Shown: positions 60,078-64,000 of the stretch, one piece after another | Numbering within the stretch: position 1 is the stretch's first letter | How the letters are laid out: every line of letters starts with the position of its first letter | Assembly: GCA_963770895.1 (NCBI GenBank) | Contig: CAVYRF010000002.1 | Coordinates: forward strand, 4,256,001 to 4,320,000 | Reading direction: 5' to 3' | Source: an uncultured Acidobacteriota bacterium | GTDB taxonomy: Bacteria; Acidobacteriota; Thermoanaerobaculia; Multivoradales; UBA5704 | Length of the DNA stretch: 64,000 nt | The notes under the pieces: model-generated | The model's database searches: none | Told to the model about the DNA's origin: nothing | Seen by the model: the letters and a program-made list of their open reading frames with translations, nothing else | Program-made: the position numbers and the translations under genes

Positions 60078-61117
60078 ATCCGATGGGGCTCAGCATGTCC
60101 GACACCGCCGCCGGCCCGGCCCTGGGCTCGCCGGAATGGATCGCCGCCTACAGCCTTTCGAGCCGCACCGCCTGCCGCAAGGCGCAGCTCGACCTGGCGC
60201 GCGTCGAACCGCGCCTGTTTTCGCTCGAAGGCGACCTGGGCCAGTACATGGTCCCCTTCCATCGCGAGTTTCCCGACCGCTTCGTGCAGATCGGCATCGC
60301 CGAGGGCGACCTGGTGGGCACGGCGGTGGGCATGGCGCTCGGCGGCAAGATCCCGTTCGTCAACACCTTCGCTTCCTTCCTGTCGATGCGCGCCTGCGAG
60401 CAGGTGCGCTTTGCCGTTGCATCGCAAGGCGCCAACGTCAAGCTGGTGGGCTATGTCGCGGGTCTGTCGGCGTGCTTCGCCGGTCCCTCCCACCACTGCG
60501 TCGAAGACATGGCCATCCTGCGCTCGCTGCCCAACCTGGTGATCCTGTCGCCGGCCGACGCGGTCGAGACCTACAAGGCGACCTGGGCGGCGGCGGCGTG
60601 GGACGGCCCGGTCTACCTGCGGCTGGGCAGGGCCGACACGCCGCAGGTCTACTTCGGCGACTACGAGCTGACGATCGGCAAGGCCGTGCAGCTGGCCGCG
60701 GGAGACGACCTGGCGCTCCTCGCCACCGGCAACCAGATGGTCGCCGAGGCGGTCGCCGCGGGCAAGCGCCTGGCGGCTTTGGGCATCGCGGCGCGGGTGC
60801 TCAACGTGCACACCGTCAAGCCGCTGGACCGCGAAGCGGTGCTTGCCGCCGCCGCCACCGGTGCGGTGGTGACGGTCGAGGACCACAACGTCCTGGGCGG
60901 CCTCGGCGGCGCAGTGGCCGAGCTGCTGGCGCAGGAGGCGCCGGTGCCGCTCGAGCGCGTGGGAGTGCGAGACTGTTTCTGCAGCACCGTCGGACCCTAC
61001 GAGGAGATGTTGGCGCATTACGGCATGGACGCGGCGGCGATCGCGGCCGCGGCGCTGCGCGTCCTGGAGCGCAAGCGGCTGGGCCGCCGGCGGGACCTCC
61101 TGCCGGCAGAAAATTGA
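60074..61117 (+). CDS. Transketolase C-terminal subunit, copy 2 (canonical)
   Basis: FPDRFVQIGIAE, TFASF...RACEQVR, GPSHH, GPVYLRLGR, TVKPLD, VEDH...GGLG. Confidence 0.9.
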   Translation: MNPMGLSMSDTAAGPALGSPEWIAAYSLSSRTACRKAQLDLARVEPRLFSLEGDLGQYMVPFHREFPDRFVQIGIAEGDLVGTAVGMALGGKIPFVNTFASFLSMRACEQVRFAVASQGANVKLVGYVAGLSACFAGPSHHCVEDMAILRSLPNLVILSPADAVETYKATWAAAAWDGPVYLRLGRADTPQVYFGDYELTIGKAVQLAAGDDLALLATGNQMVAEAVAAGKRLAALGIAARVLNVHTVKPLDREAVLAAAATGAVVTVEDHNVLGGLGGAVAELLAQEAPVPLERVGVRDCFCSTVGPYEEMLAHYGMDAAAIAAAALRVLERKRLGRRRDLLPAEN

Positions 61118-61147
61118 ACGCAATCGTGCGAAGGAGCTCAGGCCAGC

Positions 61148-61891
61148 ATGATATTCACCCCGGACTTCGTCTTCATCCACTTTACAAAGACGGGCGGGAC
61201 GTACGTGACGAAGATGCTCGCCCGTCTCTACGGCGACCGCTTCGTCGACGTCGACCAGCACGCGACGTGCAGCGACGTGCCGCAGGAACACCGCGGCAAA
61301 CCGCTGCTTTCGACAGTACGCAATCCTTACGATCGCTACGTGTCGCAATACCGCTACGGGTGGTGGAAGATCTCGCCGCACGAGTATTGCGGCGAGGCGG
61401 CGATGCGCGAAATGTATCCTCACTACCCCGACATCACCTTCGCCGAGTTCCTGGAGCTGGCCAATACCAGGTTCGTGAGCTGCCACCGCGGCTCCCCCAA
61501 CGGCTTCGTCAACGACAACTTCCCGCCCGAACGCCGGCTGGGCTGGCACACCGAAAGCTTCATCCGTTTCTATTTCCACGATCCGCGCCAGGTCTACGCG
61601 CGGCTCGACGAGCAAGCCATCGCCAGCGGCAGCTACCGCGGCGACATGTACGACGTCCGCTTCCTGCGCACCGACAACCTGCGGCGCGAGCTGCACGACT
61701 ACCTGCTCGGCGTGGGGCACAGCCCGGAGGATCTGGCGTTCATCCTCGCCTCCGAGAAGGTGCTGCCGGACGACGGCCTGGTGAGACCGCAGCACGACCC
61801 GTGGCAGAGCCATTACACCCCAACGCTCCAAGAGTTCGTGCGAACTCGCGAGCGGCTCATCTTTGATCGATTTCATGATTTCGATCAGTGA
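61148..61891 (+). CDS. Sulfotransferase family-2-like protein
   Basis: 5'-PSB-like FVFIHFTKTGGT; 3'-PB-like STVRNPYDRYVS; TFAEFL; WQSHYT near the C-terminus. Confidence 0.75.
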   Translation: MIFTPDFVFIHFTKTGGTYVTKMLARLYGDRFVDVDQHATCSDVPQEHRGKPLLSTVRNPYDRYVSQYRYGWWKISPHEYCGEAAMREMYPHYPDITFAEFLELANTRFVSCHRGSPNGFVNDNFPPERRLGWHTESFIRFYFHDPRQVYARLDEQAIASGSYRGDMYDVRFLRTDNLRRELHDYLLGVGHSPEDLAFILASEKVLPDDGLVRPQHDPWQSHYTPTLQEFVRTRERLIFDRFHDFDQ

Positions 61892-61970
61892 TGGACGGCA
61901 TCGCTTGTGACGATCGCGGCGGGCTCGCATCCTTGTCCCGCTTCGCTACGGCAGTGATACCTAAGTCTAT

Positions 61971-62014
61971 GGGTAGCAAGTGGGTTCCAAGTCGGTAACA
62001 AGTCGGTAGCAACC
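61971..62014. repeat. Four imperfect 11-bp direct repeats upstream of the permease
   Basis: GGGTAGCAAGT / GGGTTCCAAGT / CGGTAACAAGT / CGGTAGCAACC. Confidence 0.7.
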
Positions 62015-62086
62015 GATTGCGCCGATCGATGCCGGTCGATGCCGATCTGATGACCAGGGCATGAACAGGATGGAGGATTGACCCCG

Positions 62087-64000
62087 ATGGGGAGCGTCTG
62101 GCGGGATGTGCGCTACGGACTGCGGCAGCTGGTCGCGGACAAGGTGTTTTCGGTTGCCGCGATCCTCACCCTGGCCTTGGGACTCGGTGCCGCGATCACC
62201 ATCTTCACCGTCGTCAACGCAGTGCTGTTGCAAAGGGTTCCCTATCGCTCCCCGGAGCGGCTGGTGATCTTACAGGGCAGCGACAGCGACAACGGCACGA
62301 TTCAGCAGGTGTCGATCTCGCAGACCGACGTGGCGGACTGGCGCGAGCGGAGCACGGTCTTTTCCGGCCTGTCGGTGTGGGGCAGCCTGGCCTTCAACCT
62401 GGAGCAGGGCGAACGGTCGCAGCGCCTGTCGGCCGAGCTGGTCAATCAGAACTACTTCGCGCTGCTCGGGGTGAAGCCCGCGCTGGGCCGCTTCTTCGAT
62501 CCCGAGGAAGACTTGAAGCCCCTGGAGCGGTATGTCGTCGTGCTCGGCTACGACCTCTGGCGGAGCTCCTTTGGCGCCGATCCGGCGATCCTTGGCCGCA
62601 AGCTGCAGTTCAACGGCATGTCCTACCAGGTCGTCGGCGTGGGGCCGCGGGACTTCCACGGCCTGTCGGACAAGGCCGATCTGTGGGTGCCGTCGATGCT
62701 GCCGCCGATCCGCTCGTTCGTGACCTCGCGCGGCTTTCGCTGGGCGTCGGGCGTCGGGCAGCTCAAGCCGGGCGTCAGCCTGAGCCAGGCGCAGCAGCAG
62801 ATGCACGGTGTCACGGACGCTCTCGACAAGGAGATGCCCGACACCAATCACGGGTTCGGCGTCACTCTCACCCCGATCAAGGAATACCTGCTGGGCGAGA
62901 TGCGCGGCGGCCTGCTGGTGCTGACCGTCGGCGCGGCGCTGCTGCTGCTGATGGCCTGCATCAACGTCGGCAACCTCCTGCTGACGCGGGCCGCTGCCCG
63001 CCAACGCGCCTGGAGCATCCAGGTGGCGCTGGGGGCCAGCCGCCGCCGCTTGATCCGCCAGCTGTTGACCGAGAGCCTCCTGCTGTCGCTGTGCGGCGCC
63101 GTCGCCGGGTTTCTCCTGGCGCAGTGGGCCACCCGCGCCTTGATCGCCGTCAGCGGCATCAAGTTCCCGAGCTTCGTCCACATCGGCGTGTCGCCGGAGG
63201 TGATCGCGGTGACTCTGGGCCTGGCGGTCGTCTGCGGCGTGGCGTTCGGGCTGGCGCCGATCCGGGTGAGCTTTCGCTCCGACCTCACCGCGAGCCTGGG
63301 CCGCAACGACAAGCTGCCGCCGAGCCGCGGCTGGAACCGCTTCCAGAACGTCCTGGTCGTGGTCCAGGTGGCGTTGGCCCTGACGCTGTCGGTCGATTCC
63401 GTCCTCATGGCCAAGAGCTTTCGCAAGATGATCGGCGAAGACCTGGGGTTCCGCCCGGCGAACATCCTGAGCTACCGCGTCGACATGCGCGGGTCGCGCT
63501 ACGACAGCGAGGCCTTTGTCACCAAGCTGCTGGGTCAGGAATACCTGCCCCGCGTCGCGGCCGTGCCGGGCGTGCAGCAGGTGGCGATGGCGGACCCGAC
63601 GGTGCCGACGGACCAGCTGGTCGAACGGTTCATCACCATCGAGGACCACGACAGCAACGCGGCCAACGGCGCCTACCCGGCCCTGGTGCACGCGGTCAGT
63701 CCGCAGTATTTCGACATCTTCCGCATACCGATCTTGAGCGGCCGCAGCTTCAACGAGCACGACACCGGCACCTTCGCCGTGATCGTCAGCAAGGCCATGG
63801 CGGACCAGCAGTGGCCGGGCAAGAGCCCGATCGGCAGGCGTCTCAAGCTGGGCGCGCGCGTCGGCGGGCCGGCGATCAACTGGCTCACCGTCGTGGGGGT
63901 CGCCGGCGAAGTCAAGTATCAAGGCTTTGGGGCCGGGGCGCCGCCGGCGCCCGACATCTACGTGTCGCTGCTGCAGTTCATCTTTCGCCCGCCGCTGACC
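62087..64000 (+). CDS. ADOP-type duplicated (MacB/FtsX) ABC transporter permease, 3'-truncated by the window edge (not in the ORF track)
   Basis: GGAGG RBS; MGSVWRDVRYGLRQL...AILTLALGLGAAITIFTVVNAVLL...PERLV, LLMACINVGNLLL, ALGASRRRLIRQLLTESLLL, LVVVQVALAL, DLGFRP. Confidence 0.92.
   Translation, partial: MGSVWRDVRYGLRQLVADKVFSVAAILTLALGLGAAITIFTVVNAVLLQRVPYRSPERLVILQGSDSDNGTIQQVSISQTDVADWRERSTVFSGLSVWGSLAFNLEQGERSQRLSAELVNQNYFALLGVKPALGRFFDPEEDLKPLERYVVVLGYDLWRSSFGADPAILGRKLQFNGMSYQVVGVGPRDFHGLSDKADLWVPSMLPPIRSFVTSRGFRWASGVGQLKPGVSLSQAQQQMHGVTDALDKEMPDTNHGFGVTLTPIKEYLLGEMRGGLLVLTVGAALLLLMACINVGNLLLTRAAARQRAWSIQVALGASRRRLIRQLLTESLLLSLCGAVAGFLLAQWATRALIAVSGIKFPSFVHIGVSPEVIAVTLGLAVVCGVAFGLAPIRVSFRSDLTASLGRNDKLPPSRGWNRFQNVLVVVQVALALTLSVDSVLMAKSFRKMIGEDLGFRPANILSYRVDMRGSRYDSEAFVTKLLGQEYLPRVAAVPGVQQVAMADPTVPTDQLVERFITIEDHDSNAANGAYPALVHAVSPQYFDIFRIPILSGRSFNEHDTGTFAVIVSKAMADQQWPGKSPIGRRLKLGARVGGPAINWLTVVGVAGEVKYQGFGAGAPPAPDIYVSLLQFIFRPPLT

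Overview
GC-rich bacterial window, most likely Acidobacteriota (Thermoanaerobaculia-like). This is inferred from the ADOP-type permease, the XRE-TPR paralog family and the short-form EF-Ts. Housekeeping blocks are fadI, rlpA, purB, an L,D-transpeptidase, arcA-argF, ubiE-folD-coaE-rdgB and rplM-rpsI-rpsB-tsf-pyrH-frr-rlmB, followed by DUF885 and a two-component/TolC/RND/YncE efflux module. Three accessory regions are interleaved. (1) About 9.9-20.6 kb: an AbiEi-type antitoxin with a truncated nucleotidyltransferase toxin, an unannotated 58-aa Cys-rich lanthipeptide-like precursor, and five TPR-like genes (three with XRE HTH domains). These surround a small secreted protein carrying three copies of T[ED]TRCxxDP[ND]GxxxC, a candidate RRNPP-like peptide/receptor signalling system. 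(2) 40.7-47.3 kb: an operon of an LCAT/PGAP1-like lipase plus two catalytically intact CHAT (caspase-like) proteases, a candidate conflict/defence system. (3) 48-64 kb: a second orphan precursor, then a class II lanthipeptide cluster (lanM-lanA-SyrD-type exporter) placed back-to-back with an operon for an adenylating ligase, DegT aminotransferase, a three-gene split transketolase, a sulfotransferase and an ADOP permease. No rRNA, tRNA, CRISPR array or transposase was recognised. All calls come from reading motifs by eye; no database search was run.
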